Positions 31,024 through 41,371 of a stretch of 45,677 nt of DNA are shown here, one piece after another. Positions within the stretch are counted from its first letter, which is position 1, and each line of letters begins with the position of its first letter. Below the pieces are notes generated by a model, which saw nothing but the letters and a program-made list of their open reading frames with translations, had not been told where the DNA came from and did no database searches. Both the position numbers and the translations under genes were made by a program. The DNA is taken from the NCBI GenBank assembly GCA_946411985.1, contig CAMKFY010000001.1:1-45677 (forward strand), read 5' to 3'. Source of the stretch: an uncultured Clostridiaceae bacterium. Its GTDB lineage: Bacteria > Bacillota > Clostridia > Oscillospirales > Ruminococcaceae.

Positions 31024-32994
31024 ATGGCAATAGTTAGAACAAAGCCGTTTGTTATATTAGGAATTTTGGAAAATAGAGAACAAATTTTGCAAGAACTTCA
31101 AATTTTAGAATGCGCGCAGGTGGAAAGAGTAGAAAATTTAAAATATATAACGGATTTTAAATTAAACGAAAAATTAACCAACATAAATGAAAACATTAAA
31201 CATAGCGAAAGCTGCATAAAAATTTTAAACAAATTTAATTCAACCAAAAAAGTAAAACAACATAATTTCAAAAAACAAAAAATACAAAATTTAAAATATT
31301 GTGAAGAAAACTTTGAAAGCATATTGAAAATAATAAAATATATAATACAATGCGAAAATGAAATTAAAGGTTTACAAAAAGAAATTGAAACGGCAGAAAA
31401 TGGAAAACTACATTTTAAGAATTACCTAACCTTAAACACCCCAACAAAAATTTTAGATACACAAAATGTCTGTTATTTTATTGGAGAAATATTAGGCAGT
31501 TTCACGCAAGAAGAATTAATTTTAAAATTTAAAGAAATTGAAAATTCTATATATATTAAAATTATATGTAATAAAAAATTAACCACCACCCTATTTTTAA
31601 TTACAAATAAAGACGTGTATGCAAAGGCAAAAGATATTTTATATAATTTAAGCTTTACTAAAGCTCCAGAAGATATTGAAAAAACACCAAAAGAGAATGT
31701 TACAATTTTTGAGGAAAATATAAAAATTTTAAAAAATAAAATAAACAGTTTAAAAAATGAAATAAAATTTAATTTTAAAAATCTGCAATATATAGAGCTT
31801 ATGGCAGACTACCTAAGCGTTGAAAAAGAAAAATATGAAACAATAATTAAAACAATATCCACAAAAAACACCTTCATATTAAAAGGGTTTGTAAACCCAA
31901 GACGCGAAGAAAAATTAAAAGATATTGTAAATAAATTTAATTCATATATTAAAATTTCAGAGCCAAACGAGAGCTCGCCGGTGTTTTTTTCTAATAATTT
32001 TATAGTAGCGCCAATACAAAATATAACAAAGACATATTCAATGCCATCATATGAAGATGTAGACCCAAACCCTATTATGTCTTTTTTTTATTATATTTTT
32101 TTTGGTATGATGTTTTCAGACGCTGGGTATGGCATTATTCTCAGTTTGTTTTGCCTAGTTTTTATACTGAATAAAAACACTAGCTATAGCAAAAAACAGC
32201 TTTTTAAAATGTTTTTTATGTGTGGCATATCCACAACGTTTTGGGGGCTTATGTATGGCAGCTTGTTTGGCGATATGCTGCAGGTTTTATTTAAAACGTT
32301 TTTAAATAAAAATTTCTACTTGCCACCACTATTTATTAACACAACAAAAAGCCCGCTTTTGCTATTAATATTTAGCATTCTAATTGGCATATTGCACGTA
32401 TGCATAGGTTTGATTATTAAATTATATATTCTACTAAGAAATAAAAATTTTAAAGAAGCTATTTTTAACGTTTTAGGTTGGGTTCTTATTTTAACAGGCA
32501 TAGGGGTTTACATGGCCACGTCTACAATAGAGCATGCTAAAATATCTAAGTTTTTGAATATTAAAATGCTTACCACAATTGGAATTTATACTGCTGTTGT
32601 TGGCGCGTTTTCTATATTAATTTTTAGTGGCTATAAAAATAAAGGCGTAATGAAAATTTTAGGCGGAATAATAAACCTTTACGGCATAACATCTTATGTT
32701 AGCGATGTTCTATCTTACTCTAGGCTAATGGCACTCGGAATAGCTACCGGGGTTATTGCAAACGTTGTAAATATTTTGGCTAGCATGGGCGGGTCTGGCT
32801 TTTTTGGAATTTTGCTTTTTGTGTTAATAGCTTCTTTAGGGCACGCTTTAAATTTTGGCATAAATATTTTAGGCGCTTATGTGCATACAAATAGGTTGCA
32901 ATATGTTGAATTTTTCAGTAAATTTTATGTAGGTGGTGGAAGGGCTTTCTCCCCTTTTGGGATACACACTAAATATATAGATTTTATTAATTAA
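31024..32994 (+). CDS. ntpI: V-type ATPase subunit I (a-subunit, membrane stator)
   Basis: 656 aa. Soluble coiled N-terminal half, then a multi-TM C-terminal half with the conserved SYSRLMALG arginine motif. Confidence 0.88.
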   Translation: MAIVRTKPFVILGILENREQILQELQILECAQVERVENLKYITDFKLNEKLTNINENIKHSESCIKILNKFNSTKKVKQHNFKKQKIQNLKYCEENFESILKIIKYIIQCENEIKGLQKEIETAENGKLHFKNYLTLNTPTKILDTQNVCYFIGEILGSFTQEELILKFKEIENSIYIKIICNKKLTTTLFLITNKDVYAKAKDILYNLSFTKAPEDIEKTPKENVTIFEENIKILKNKINSLKNEIKFNFKNLQYIELMADYLSVEKEKYETIIKTISTKNTFILKGFVNPRREEKLKDIVNKFNSYIKISEPNESSPVFFSNNFIVAPIQNITKTYSMPSYEDVDPNPIMSFFYYIFFGMMFSDAGYGIILSLFCLVFILNKNTSYSKKQLFKMFFMCGISTTFWGLMYGSLFGDMLQVLFKTFLNKNFYLPPLFINTTKSPLLLLIFSILIGILHVCIGLIIKLYILLRNKNFKEAIFNVLGWVLILTGIGVYMATSTIEHAKISKFLNIKMLTTIGIYTAVVGAFSILIFSGYKNKGVMKILGGIINLYGITSYVSDVLSYSRLMALGIATGVIANVVNILASMGGSGFFGILLFVLIASLGHALNFGINILGAYVHTNRLQYVEFFSKFYVGGGRAFSPFGIHTKYIDFIN

Positions 32995-33020
32995 TAATAT
33001 TAAATTAGGAGGCATTAATT

Positions 33021-33485
33021 ATGGGTATGTTTTTAGCAGTGTTAGGGGCAGCTTTGGCAGTGGCTTTACCTTGCATAGGTTCTTCAAAAGGAGTTGGCAT
33101 TGCAAGTGAAGCAGCAAATGGCCTTACAGCACTACAGCCCGACAAATTTGGAAAACTTTTAGTGTTGCAATTGCTGCCAGGCACGCAAGGTTTATATGGT
33201 TTTATAATATCTATAATGGTTACTTTAAACATTGGAATCTTAGGCGGAAAACCTATACGTGGGAAAGTTGGCTGTTTATATTTTGCTGCATGTATTGCAA
33301 TGGCTTTAGGCGGGCTTTTTTCTGCTATATACCAAGGCAGAGTATGTGCCACAGGCATAAACATAATAGCAAAGCAACCAAAAGATAGCTCAAAAGCAAT
33401 AGTGTCCGCGTCACTTGTGGAGTTGTATGCACTATTATCTTTTATAATTTCGTTTCTAATTATAATAAATATTAACAAACTTTAG
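33021..33485 (+). CDS. ntpK: V-type ATPase proteolipid subunit K (double-hairpin, 4-TM c-subunit)
   Basis: 154 aa. LQLLPGTQGLYGF, FSAIYQGRV and SLVELYALLSF align with the Enterococcus hirae NtpK motifs. Confidence 0.9.
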   Translation: MGMFLAVLGAALAVALPCIGSSKGVGIASEAANGLTALQPDKFGKLLVLQLLPGTQGLYGFIISIMVTLNIGILGGKPIRGKVGCLYFAACIAMALGGLFSAIYQGRVCATGINIIAKQPKDSSKAIVSASLVELYALLSFIISFLIIININKL

Positions 33486-33502
33486 ACATAGAGGTTTTAA
33501 AT

Positions 33503-34099
33503 ATGAATTCTATTAATAACATACTGGAATTTATACAAAAAAACACCGACATTAAAATAAAAGATATAAAGCAAAACGAACAGAAAGAATGCGAAAGAGT
33601 ACTAGAAGAAGCAAAAATTTTAATTAAACAACAGGAAGAAGAAAACAAAGAAAAAATACTAAAAAAAAAGAAAGAGCTTGAAAACAGTTTTAATGTGCAG
33701 CTAAAACAACTAAAAAACAAAATTATATATAACAAAAAGGATGAAATTTTACAAAAAACAATAAACCTAGCCATAAAAGAATTTTGTGAACAAAACGAAA
33801 ATATATATATAAATTTTATAGAAAATCTTATATATAAAAATATTCAAAACGAAGAATATTCGTTAATATTTGGTATAAAAGATTTTTGCAAATTTAAACA
33901 TAGCTTAATAAAAAAGGTTAAACATGAAATAGAAAATATTGTAGAAGTTAAATGTTCGGAAAATTTTTATTATGGTTTTAAAATTTATTCTGAAAAATAT
34001 ATTTTAAACTTTGAAATAAAAAATATTTTCTTCGAAAATATACAAAAATTAAAAGCTGTTGCTTCAGAAGCGCTTAATATGGACGGTGTTTTAAATTGA
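33503..34099 (+). CDS. ntpE: V-type ATPase subunit E
   Basis: 198 aa with a long N-terminal charged helix. Operon position is K-E-C. Confidence 0.75.
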   Translation: MNSINNILEFIQKNTDIKIKDIKQNEQKECERVLEEAKILIKQQEEENKEKILKKKKELENSFNVQLKQLKNKIIYNKKDEILQKTINLAIKEFCEQNENIYINFIENLIYKNIQNEEYSLIFGIKDFCKFKHSLIKKVKHEIENIVEVKCSENFYYGFKIYSEKYILNFEIKNIFFENIQKLKAVASEALNMDGVLN

Positions 34100-35019
34100 A
34101 AGAAAACGTAAACTTTGCTTTTACTATTGGTTATTTGGCAGGGCTAAAAGAAAAGCTTTTAAGCTCTAGCAATATAGAAAAATTAAGAAACTGTAACAAT
34201 TTACTTGAATTTAAAAATATGTTAAAATCTCTTAATTATGTGGTTAGTGAATTTACTAATTTTAACGATTTTGAAATTAAACTATATAACTATTTTAACG
34301 AAACAGTTGAAAATTTAAAAGACGCATGCCCTAAGGGTACAGATTTTTCATATATTTTCTGTAAAAACGACTTTTTAAATTTTAAGAGTTTAACAAAATG
34401 CAAATTTTTAAATATTTCATATATTCCTTCAGTAATAACACCTTGCAACATTGCTCCGGAAGATATTAAAAAGTGTGTGGAGAGTGGCAACTTTGAAATA
34501 ATAAATAGCCCATTTAAAGAAGCGTTTACCGAGTGCTTTAATATATTCAACATAACAGAAAGCAAAAGAGCTGCTGAAATATTTATAGACAAAAAAATGT
34601 ATGAAGTTATGCTAAAAATTGCTAATAAAAATTGTTTTCTATTGGAACGCACAAAATTGGAAATAGACTTAAAAAATATAAATTTTTGCATTCGATATAC
34701 TAAATATACCGAAGATATTAAAAATTTGAATTTATTTATGCTAGAAGGCGGCCACATAAGCAAGCCAGAATTAATAGAAATTATAAGAAAAGACAAAAAA
34801 GAAATTTATAGTATTTTTAAAAAAATATACAATATAAATAATGAAAATATAGACGAAAACTTTTCTCTAAATAATGTTGTTAATATATTGCAAAAATTTG
34901 ACGAAAGCTATATATATTACAACTTCTCCTATATACCAATTTTTATATATATTAACTATTTGCAGCATCAAATAAAAATAATAAAGGAAATAGCAGTTTG
35001 TATAATATTTAAAAAATAA
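34096..35019 (+). CDS. ntpC: V-type ATPase subunit C (d-like)
   Basis: 307-aa helical protein. ATGA-type overlap with ntpE. Assigned from operon position. Confidence 0.7.
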   Translation: MKENVNFAFTIGYLAGLKEKLLSSSNIEKLRNCNNLLEFKNMLKSLNYVVSEFTNFNDFEIKLYNYFNETVENLKDACPKGTDFSYIFCKNDFLNFKSLTKCKFLNISYIPSVITPCNIAPEDIKKCVESGNFEIINSPFKEAFTECFNIFNITESKRAAEIFIDKKMYEVMLKIANKNCFLLERTKLEIDLKNINFCIRYTKYTEDIKNLNLFMLEGGHISKPELIEIIRKDKKEIYSIFKKIYNINNENIDENFSLNNVVNILQKFDESYIYYNFSYIPIFIYINYLQHQIKIIKEIAVCIIFKK

Positions 35020-35044
35020 ATATTTTCCTTAAGAAAGGCTTGAA

Positions 35045-35362
35045 ATGGGTAATATTGCAGCAATTGGAAGGCTTGAAACGGTTAAAATTATTAATTTTTG
35101 CGGAATTAAAGATATATTCGCAGTGGACAATGAAACGCAAGCAGCTTCTATAATAGACAGCTTAGCAAAGAGAAACTTTGCAGTAATATTAGTGGAAGAA
35201 TATATACTGCAAAAAATTCCTAACATTGTTTTAAAATATAAAAACAAGAGAACACCGTCTATAACTTCCCTGCCAAGCAGTTCAAAATATAGCACAGATA
35301 TAAAAAAAAGTATACTCTACTCTAGCATAAAAAAAATAGTTGGAGCAGATATACACATATGA
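35045..35362 (+). CDS. V-type ATPase subunit F
   Basis: 105 aa. IAAIGRLETVKIINFCGI...FAVILVEEYI is typical of the ATP-synt_F fold. Immediately precedes the A subunit. Confidence 0.75.
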   Translation: MGNIAAIGRLETVKIINFCGIKDIFAVDNETQAASIIDSLAKRNFAVILVEEYILQKIPNIVLKYKNKRTPSITSLPSSSKYSTDIKKSILYSSIKKIVGADIHI

Positions 35363-35383
35363 AAAACCTAGAGGAGATAGAAT

Positions 35384-37156
35384 ATGAATTCTGATAAAGC
35401 TTATATAATAAAGGTATCAGGCCCGCTTGTGGTGGCTAAAAATATGCGAAATAATAGCCTTTACGATATTGTTAAGGTGGGCAATTTGGGCCTTATTGGC
35501 GAAATAATTGAAATGCACGGCGACGAAGCGTCAATTCAGGTGTATGAAAACACAAATGGAGTTGGCCCTTATGAGGAGGTTATATCTTTAAAACACCCAC
35601 TTTCTATAGAGCTAGGGCCTGGTTTAATAGGCAATATTTTTGATGGGATAGGGCGCCCGCTTTTGAAGCTCAAAGAACATTCAGGCAGCAGGTTAAAAAG
35701 AGGGGTTAACCTAAGCACGTTAGATTATAACAAAAAGTATAAGTTCTACCCCACAGTTAAAGCAAACAGCAATCTAAAATGCGGAGCTATAGTTGGCTAT
35801 GTTAACGAAACAAAGGCCATATGCCATAAAATAATGCTACCGCCAAACATATCGGGCGAATTAATAGAAATAAACGAAGGCGAATTTAATGTGTTAGAGC
35901 CTATTGGCAAACTAAAACTAAAAGACAGCTCAATATATAACATATTATTAATGCAAAAATTTCCTATAAGGAAACAAAGGCCAATCCTAAAAAAATTAGC
36001 GCCCTGCACACCTCTTATAACAGGCCAAAGAATAATAGACACATTATTTCCAATAGCTAAAGGCGGAGTTGCAGCAGTGCCTGGCCCTTTTGGAAGCGGC
36101 AAAACAATAGTGCAACACCAAATTGCAAAGTGGGCAGACGCAGACGTTGTAGTATATATAGGTTGCGGTGAACGTGGCAACGAAATGACAGACGTATTAA
36201 ACGAATTTCCACAAATTGAAGACCCAAAAACGAAAAAAACCCTAATGGAGAAAACAGTGCTAATAGCAAACACTTCAGATATGCCAGTAGCTGCAAGAGA
36301 AGCTTCAATATATACTGGAATAACAATAGCTGAATATTATAGAGATATGGGTTTGAACGTAGCAATAATGGCAGATTCTACGTCAAGATGGGCAGAAGCT
36401 TTAAGAGAAATGTCTGGTAGGCTGCAAGAAATGCCTGGCGAAGAGGGCTACCCAGCCTACCTTGCTAGCAGGCTAGCTGAATTTTACGAACGTGCAGGGC
36501 GAGTTATTACGCTAAATAACGAAGAAACATCGCTCACAATAATAGGCGCAGTATCTCCACCAGGCGGCGATATTTCAGAGCCCGTATGCCAAGCAACGCT
36601 TAGAATAGTTAAGGTGTTTTGGGGGTTAGATTCAAATTTAGCATATAAAAGGCATTTCCCTGCTATTAACTGGTTAAACTCATACTCGCTTTATTGGGAT
36701 AATGTTAAAGAATGGTTTGAAAAAAACATAGATGAAAATTGGGGTGTGTTGCGCCAACAGGTAATGGACATATTACAACAAGAAGCCAAACTAGAAGAAA
36801 TAGTAAAACTTGTAGGAATTAGTGCTTTAAACGAAAAAGACAAACTAAAATTAGAAATTGCTAAATGTATTAGAGAAGATTTTTTGCATCAAAACGCTTT
36901 TAACGAAATAGACACATTCTCTTCACTCAAAAAACAGTTTTATATTATGGACATTATCTTAAAATATTTTAGCAGATGCGAGCAAGCCATTTCTAATTTT
37001 AATTTAAATACAAAAGATTTATTAAATGTTAAAGCGCGAGAAGAAATTGGGCGTTTTAAATATGTTGAAAATATTAATATTAAAAACGTATATGAAAAAA
37101 CTTTAAAAAATATAAACACAGAAATATTATGCTTAGAAAAAGGAGGGCAGCTATAA
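35384..37156 (+). CDS. ntpA: V-type ATPase catalytic subunit A
   Basis: 590 aa. Walker A GPFGSGKT, the non-homologous insert typical of A subunits, and [14 protein letters not shown]. Confidence 0.96.
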   Translation: MNSDKAYIIKVSGPLVVAKNMRNNSLYDIVKVGNLGLIGEIIEMHGDEASIQVYENTNGVGPYEEVISLKHPLSIELGPGLIGNIFDGIGRPLLKLKEHSGSRLKRGVNLSTLDYNKKYKFYPTVKANSNLKCGAIVGYVNETKAICHKIMLPPNISGELIEINEGEFNVLEPIGKLKLKDSSIYNILLMQKFPIRKQRPILKKLAPCTPLITGQRIIDTLFPIAKGGVAAVPGPFGSGKTIVQHQIAKWADADVVVYIGCGERGNEMTDVLNEFPQIEDPKTKKTLMEKTVLIANTSDMPVAAREASIYTGITIAEYYRDMGLNVAIMADSTSRWAEALREMSGRLQEMPGEEGYPAYLASRLAEFYERAGRVITLNNEETSLTIIGAVSPPGGDISEPVCQATLRIVKVFWGLDSNLAYKRHFPAINWLNSYSLYWDNVKEWFEKNIDENWGVLRQQVMDILQQEAKLEEIVKLVGISALNEKDKLKLEIAKCIREDFLHQNAFNEIDTFSSLKKQFYIMDIILKYFSRCEQAISNFNLNTKDLLNVKAREEIGRFKYVENINIKNVYEKTLKNINTEILCLEKGGQL

Positions 37157-37157
37157 A

Positions 37158-37304
37158 ATGAACTTTAAAAAATATAAAATAATAGAACTAGCTGGCCATT
37201 CAATTTTAAGCAATAACATTAATATTAAAAACATATATAAAAACTTTAAACAATATAAACACAGAAATATTATGCTTAGAAAAAGGAGGGCAGCTATAAA
37301 ATGA
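37158..37304 (+). pseudogene. Mini-ORF 1 (48 codons): ntpB-like start fused out of frame to an ntpA-3' remnant
   Basis: AAAGGAGGG RBS. ATG lies 1 nt after the ntpA stop. Encodes [48 protein letters not shown]. Its TGA overlaps the next ATG (ATGA). Confidence 0.5.
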
Positions 37305-37444
37305 ACTTTAAAAAATATAAAATAATAGAACTAGCTGGCCATTCAATTTTAAGCAATAACATTAATATTAAAAACACATATATAAAAACTTTAAAAAATA
37401 TAAACACAAAAATATTATGCTTAGAAAAAGGAGGGCAGCTATAA
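37301..37444 (+). pseudogene. Mini-ORF 2 (47 codons): in-frame chimera of an NtpB-like N-terminus and an NtpA-like C-terminus
   Basis: Encodes [47 protein letters not shown]. The last 27 aa parallel the NtpA C-terminus [28 protein letters not shown]. Its TAA is followed 1 nt later by the ntpB ATG. Confidence 0.5.
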
Positions 37445-37445
37445 A

Positions 37446-38816
37446 ATGAACTTTAAAGAATATAAAACAATAAAAGAAGTAGCTGGCCCTTTAATGTTAG
37501 TAGAAAACGTTAAAAATGTTTGCTACGACGAAATAGGCCAAATTATACTTCAAAATGGTGAAACACGGTTATGTAAGGTATTAGAAATAGATAGCAATTC
37601 TGCTTTAGTGCAACTATTTGAAGCAGGATACGGCATAAATTTAAAAAATAGCAGAGTAAAATTTTTAGGGCACAGCATGCAGCTTGGTGTATCTAGAAAT
37701 ATAGTAGGCCGCACATTTAGTGGCATAGGAAGGCCAATAGACGGCATACCAGAGCTACTGCCAGAAAAATATATGGATATAGACGCCATAGCGATTAACC
37801 CAACAGCCAGAGAATACCCTGAAGAATTCATACAAACTGGCATATCTGCAATAGACGGGTTAAACACATTAGTTAGAGGTCAAAAACTTCCAATATTTTC
37901 TGCTAGCGGTTTACCACATGCAAAACTTGGTGCGCAAATAGCACGTCAAGCCTGTGTATTAAACAAATCACAAGAATTTGCAATTGTTTTTGCAGCAATA
38001 GGCATCACATTCGAAGAAGCAAATTTTTTTATAGAAGATTTCAAAAAAACGGGCGCAATAGAGCACTCAGTTATATTTATAAACCTAGCAAATGACCCAG
38101 CAATAGAGCGAATAGCCACCCCAAAAATGGCGCTCACTGCAGCAGAATACCTAGCATTTGATTTAGACATGAACGTTCTTGTAATTCTTACAGATATTAC
38201 AAATTACGCTGACGCATTACGTGAAGTATCTGCGGCAAAACGAGAAATACCAAGTAGGCGTGGCTACCCAGGCTATATGTATACCGATTTCGCGTCTATA
38301 TATGAACGAGCAGGCAGAATAAAAAATAAAAAAGGCTCAATAACAATGATACCAATATTAACAATGCCAGAAGACGATAAAACACACCCAATACCAGACC
38401 TAACAGGCTATATAACAGAAGGGCAGATAATATTAAACAGGCAGCTTTATAACAAAAATATAAACCCACCAATAGATGTGCTTTCTTCACTATCACGTCT
38501 AAAAGATAAAGGAATAGGGGCTGGCAAAACAAGAGCAGACCATGCAGACGTTATGAACCAGCTATTTTCTTGCTATGCCACCGGCAAAAAAGCTAAAGAG
38601 CTTATGATAATATTAGGTGAAGAGTCTATATCTGATGTAGATTTGAAATATGTGCGATTTTGCGACGCTTTTGAAGAAAGGTATATAAACCAAGGGTTTA
38701 ACGTTAAAAGGAGCATAGAAGACACATTAAATATTGGTTGGGAACTTTTGAAAATGCTACCAAAAAGCGAACTTAAAAGAATAAACTACAAATTTATTGA
38801 AAAATATTACAAGTAG
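37446..38816 (+). CDS. ntpB: V-type ATPase subunit B
   Basis: 456 aa. [24 protein letters not shown] and [11 protein letters not shown] are typical of the non-catalytic B subunit. Confidence 0.96.
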   Translation: MNFKEYKTIKEVAGPLMLVENVKNVCYDEIGQIILQNGETRLCKVLEIDSNSALVQLFEAGYGINLKNSRVKFLGHSMQLGVSRNIVGRTFSGIGRPIDGIPELLPEKYMDIDAIAINPTAREYPEEFIQTGISAIDGLNTLVRGQKLPIFSASGLPHAKLGAQIARQACVLNKSQEFAIVFAAIGITFEEANFFIEDFKKTGAIEHSVIFINLANDPAIERIATPKMALTAAEYLAFDLDMNVLVILTDITNYADALREVSAAKREIPSRRGYPGYMYTDFASIYERAGRIKNKKGSITMIPILTMPEDDKTHPIPDLTGYITEGQIILNRQLYNKNINPPIDVLSSLSRLKDKGIGAGKTRADHADVMNQLFSCYATGKKAKELMIILGEESISDVDLKYVRFCDAFEERYINQGFNVKRSIEDTLNIGWELLKMLPKSELKRINYKFIEKYYK

Positions 38817-38827
38817 AAGGGTTTGTT

Positions 38828-39448
38828 ATGGCTATATTAAATGTTAGTGCTAGTCGCATGGAATTAACACAACTAAAACAAAAATTAAGCACAACAAGAA
38901 GAGGTCACGCATTACTAAAAAATAAATGCGATGGCCTGCTTCGTGAATTTTTAGGGCTATATAAAAACACATTAAAATTAAAAAAATATATACAAAATAA
39001 AATATTAGACGCAAACTTCCATTTAGAACTGGCTAAACTGCAAACGTCTGAGCAAGAAATAAACACCGCAACTTTAGCCCCAAAACAATATATAAAATTA
39101 AAAACACACACTAAAAATATTCTAGGCGTTAACCTACCTAAATTTGAAATAGAAGAAAATATAAACCTAAAAGATAGATTAAACTACAGCTTCTTCACAA
39201 ATAGTGAACATCTAGACAAAGCTATATATATGTATAGTGAAATATTAGAGAAATTGATATTGCTAGCCGAACAAGAAAAAACGCTAATGATATTATCAAA
39301 TGAGATAGAAAAAACGAGAAGAAAGGTAAACGCTATAGAAAATATTTTAATACCAAACTATAAAGATACAATAAAATTCATAAGCTTAAAATTAGAAGAG
39401 AACGAGAGAAGCGTGCTAGCAAGGCTCAGCAGATTGAAAAACTTTTAA
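38828..39448 (+). CDS. ntpD: V-type ATPase central-stalk subunit D
   Basis: 206 aa. N-terminus [33 protein letters not shown] is typical of subunit D. Confidence 0.9.
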   Translation: MAILNVSASRMELTQLKQKLSTTRRGHALLKNKCDGLLREFLGLYKNTLKLKKYIQNKILDANFHLELAKLQTSEQEINTATLAPKQYIKLKTHTKNILGVNLPKFEIEENINLKDRLNYSFFTNSEHLDKAIYMYSEILEKLILLAEQEKTLMILSNEIEKTRRKVNAIENILIPNYKDTIKFISLKLEENERSVLARLSRLKNF

Positions 39449-41337
39449 GTTGGCAGCACGTCTTTTTTGTCTGCATTTTTTAGCTTATCCATATCTATTT
39501 TGCCTTGCATAGCGTCTTCAAATTCTTTGCCATCCATCTTTTCATATTGCAAGAGATAGTTAGCTACAAAATTTAAACTTTTTGCATTATCTTTTAAAAT
39601 TTTCTCGCACCGCAAATATGCTAAGCTTATTATACCATGCACTTCTTTATCTATTTTAGTGGCAGTATCTTCCGAAAAGCTCCTTCCGTTGTTAAGGTCT
39701 CGCCCTAGAAACACCTCCTGGCCGCCTTCAACATAGTTTATAGGGCCCATATTTTTGCTAAAACCATACTCTGTTACCATGCTCCGTGCCACCTTGGTAG
39801 CCTGCCGTATATCTTCCGAGGCTCCTGTAGATATATCATCAAAAAACAAAGCCTCACTCACCCTGCCGCCAAGACATGTAACTATATATTCTTCTAATTT
39901 AGTTTTAGATACATAGTTTCTATCACGTTGCGGCAACGACATTGTATAGCCGCCAGCAACTCCGCGCGGTATTATGCTTATTTCATGAACTGGGTCTTGC
40001 GTGCGGCAAAAATACCTAGCCACAGCATGGCCTGCTTCGTGGTATGCTGTTAAACGTTGTTCATCTTCATATGTTTTTTTAGACCTTTTCTCAGGGCCCA
40101 TCATAATCTTGGCAGCTGCTTCGTTTATATCCGACGCTGTTATTGCGTTATGATTCTTGCGCACCGCCAAAAGAGCAGCCTCGTTTAACAAATTCTCAAG
40201 TTCCGCGCCACTAAAACCGGAAGTGTATTTAGCTATTCTAACCAAATCTACATCAAACCCTAAAATTTTATTTTTAGCATGAACCTTTAAAATTTCTTCT
40301 CTGCCTTTAATATCTGGGTAACTAACGAATATTTCTCTATCAAATCTGCCAGGCCGAATTAATGCTGGGTCTAACACATCTCTTCTGTTTGTGGCAGCTA
40401 TTATTATTATTCCTTCATTTTCACCAAAGCCATCCATTTCAACAAGAAGCTGGTTTAACGTTTGCTCACGTTCATCGTGCCCGCCACCTATTCCTGCTCC
40501 TCTTTGCCGGCCAACCGCGTCTATTTCGTCTATAAATATTATAGCAGGCGCTTCTTTTTTAGCTTTATCAAATAAATCTCTAACACGCGACGCGCCAACG
40601 CCAACATACATCTCCACAAAATCTGAACCAGATATAGAAAAAAACGGAACATTTGCCTCACCAGCCACAGCTTTAGCTAAAAGAGTTTTACCTGTGCCAG
40701 GAGGGCCCACCAAAAGCACCCCTTTTGGAATTCTAGCGCCCATATCGTTAAATTTTTTTGGGCTTTTCAAAAATTCCACAATTTCTTCTAATTCTTGCTT
40801 CTCCTCGTCTGCGCCAGCAACCTCTTTAAAGGTGGTTTTTTTAATATTCTTATTGCCACTTTTAAAGCCACTTCTGCTAAACTGATTCAAACGGCCGGCG
40901 CCACCACCAGGAAATTTTAGCATAAAAAACAATAAAAGTATCATAACAACAAGGCCTGCCAAACTAGGAGCTGTAGAAAAAATCCAAGAATAATCCTGGC
41001 CGCGCACATAATTTATAACGTTAGCCGCATAAGATAAATCATTTTTATGCTTACTACGTATTATAGAATCTACAGCTTCTACAAAAAGCCCAACATTTGG
41101 CACTTTATAAACTAATTTTTTGTTTATATCACTTTTTAATGTATACTCTAAGCTACCGCTACTCAGTTCAAGACGCGACTTTGAAATCTCGTCTTTTTGA
41201 TAGTAACTTAAAATTTCGTAATATTTAGAGTTATTGCGCATAGCGCCGGAGTTGTTAAACATAAAAACACCAATTAAAGCTATAAGCCCTATAACTAAAA
41301 CTGAAATGAAAAAACCACTATTCCTATTTTTGTTCAA
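39445..41337 (-). CDS. ftsH: ATP-dependent zinc metalloprotease FtsH
   Basis: Two N-terminal TMs, Walker A GPPGTGKT, Walker [10 protein letters not shown], zinc motif HEAGHA. Confidence 0.96.
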   Translation of the reverse strand: MNKNRNSGFFISVLVIGLIALIGVFMFNNSGAMRNNSKYYEILSYYQKDEISKSRLELSSGSLEYTLKSDINKKLVYKVPNVGLFVEAVDSIIRSKHKNDLSYAANVINYVRGQDYSWIFSTAPSLAGLVVMILLLFFMLKFPGGGAGRLNQFSRSGFKSGNKNIKKTTFKEVAGADEEKQELEEIVEFLKSPKKFNDMGARIPKGVLLVGPPGTGKTLLAKAVAGEANVPFFSISGSDFVEMYVGVGASRVRDLFDKAKKEAPAIIFIDEIDAVGRQRGAGIGGGHDEREQTLNQLLVEMDGFGENEGIIIIAATNRRDVLDPALIRPGRFDREIFVSYPDIKGREEILKVHAKNKILGFDVDLVRIAKYTSGFSGAELENLLNEAALLAVRKNHNAITASDINEAAAKIMMGPEKRSKKTYEDEQRLTAYHEAGHAVARYFCRTQDPVHEISIIPRGVAGGYTMSLPQRDRNYVSKTKLEEYIVTCLGGRVSEALFFDDISTGASEDIRQATKVARSMVTEYGFSKNMGPINYVEGGQEVFLGRDLNNGRSFSEDTATKIDKEVHGIISLAYLRCEKILKDNAKSLNFVANYLLQYEKMDGKEFEDAMQGKIDMDKLKNADKKDVLPT

Positions 41338-41371
41338 TTAAATTTCCCCCTACATCTCTTTATTCTTAAGC

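Larger units (their letters stand above)
37073..37508. repeat. Three tandem copies (145/143/~147 nt) of the ntpA-3' / ntpB-5' junction
   Basis: Unit starts ATTAATATTAAAAAC at 37073, 37218 and 37361. Each unit carries GCTTAGAAAAAGGAGGGCAGCTATAAAATGAACTTTAAA (37131, 37274, 37419). The two extra ntpB-like starts (37158-37217 and 37301-37360) are 60/60 identical to each other but about 80% identical to the real ntpB start. Confidence 0.9.

Noticed and set aside
33005-33478. 157-aa minus-strand ORF
   Set aside because: It is antisense to ntpK, which is strongly supported by its conserved proteolipid motifs.
37073-37508. Considered whether the tandem repeats (also 21272-21919) could be CRISPR-like or minisatellite arrays
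   Set aside because: The units are 143-325 nt, directly abutting with no spacers, and derive from flanking coding sequence. They are segmental tandem duplications, not CRISPR.
40391-40885. 164-aa plus-strand ORF
   Set aside because: It is antisense to the AAA+ core of ftsH and is a shadow ORF.
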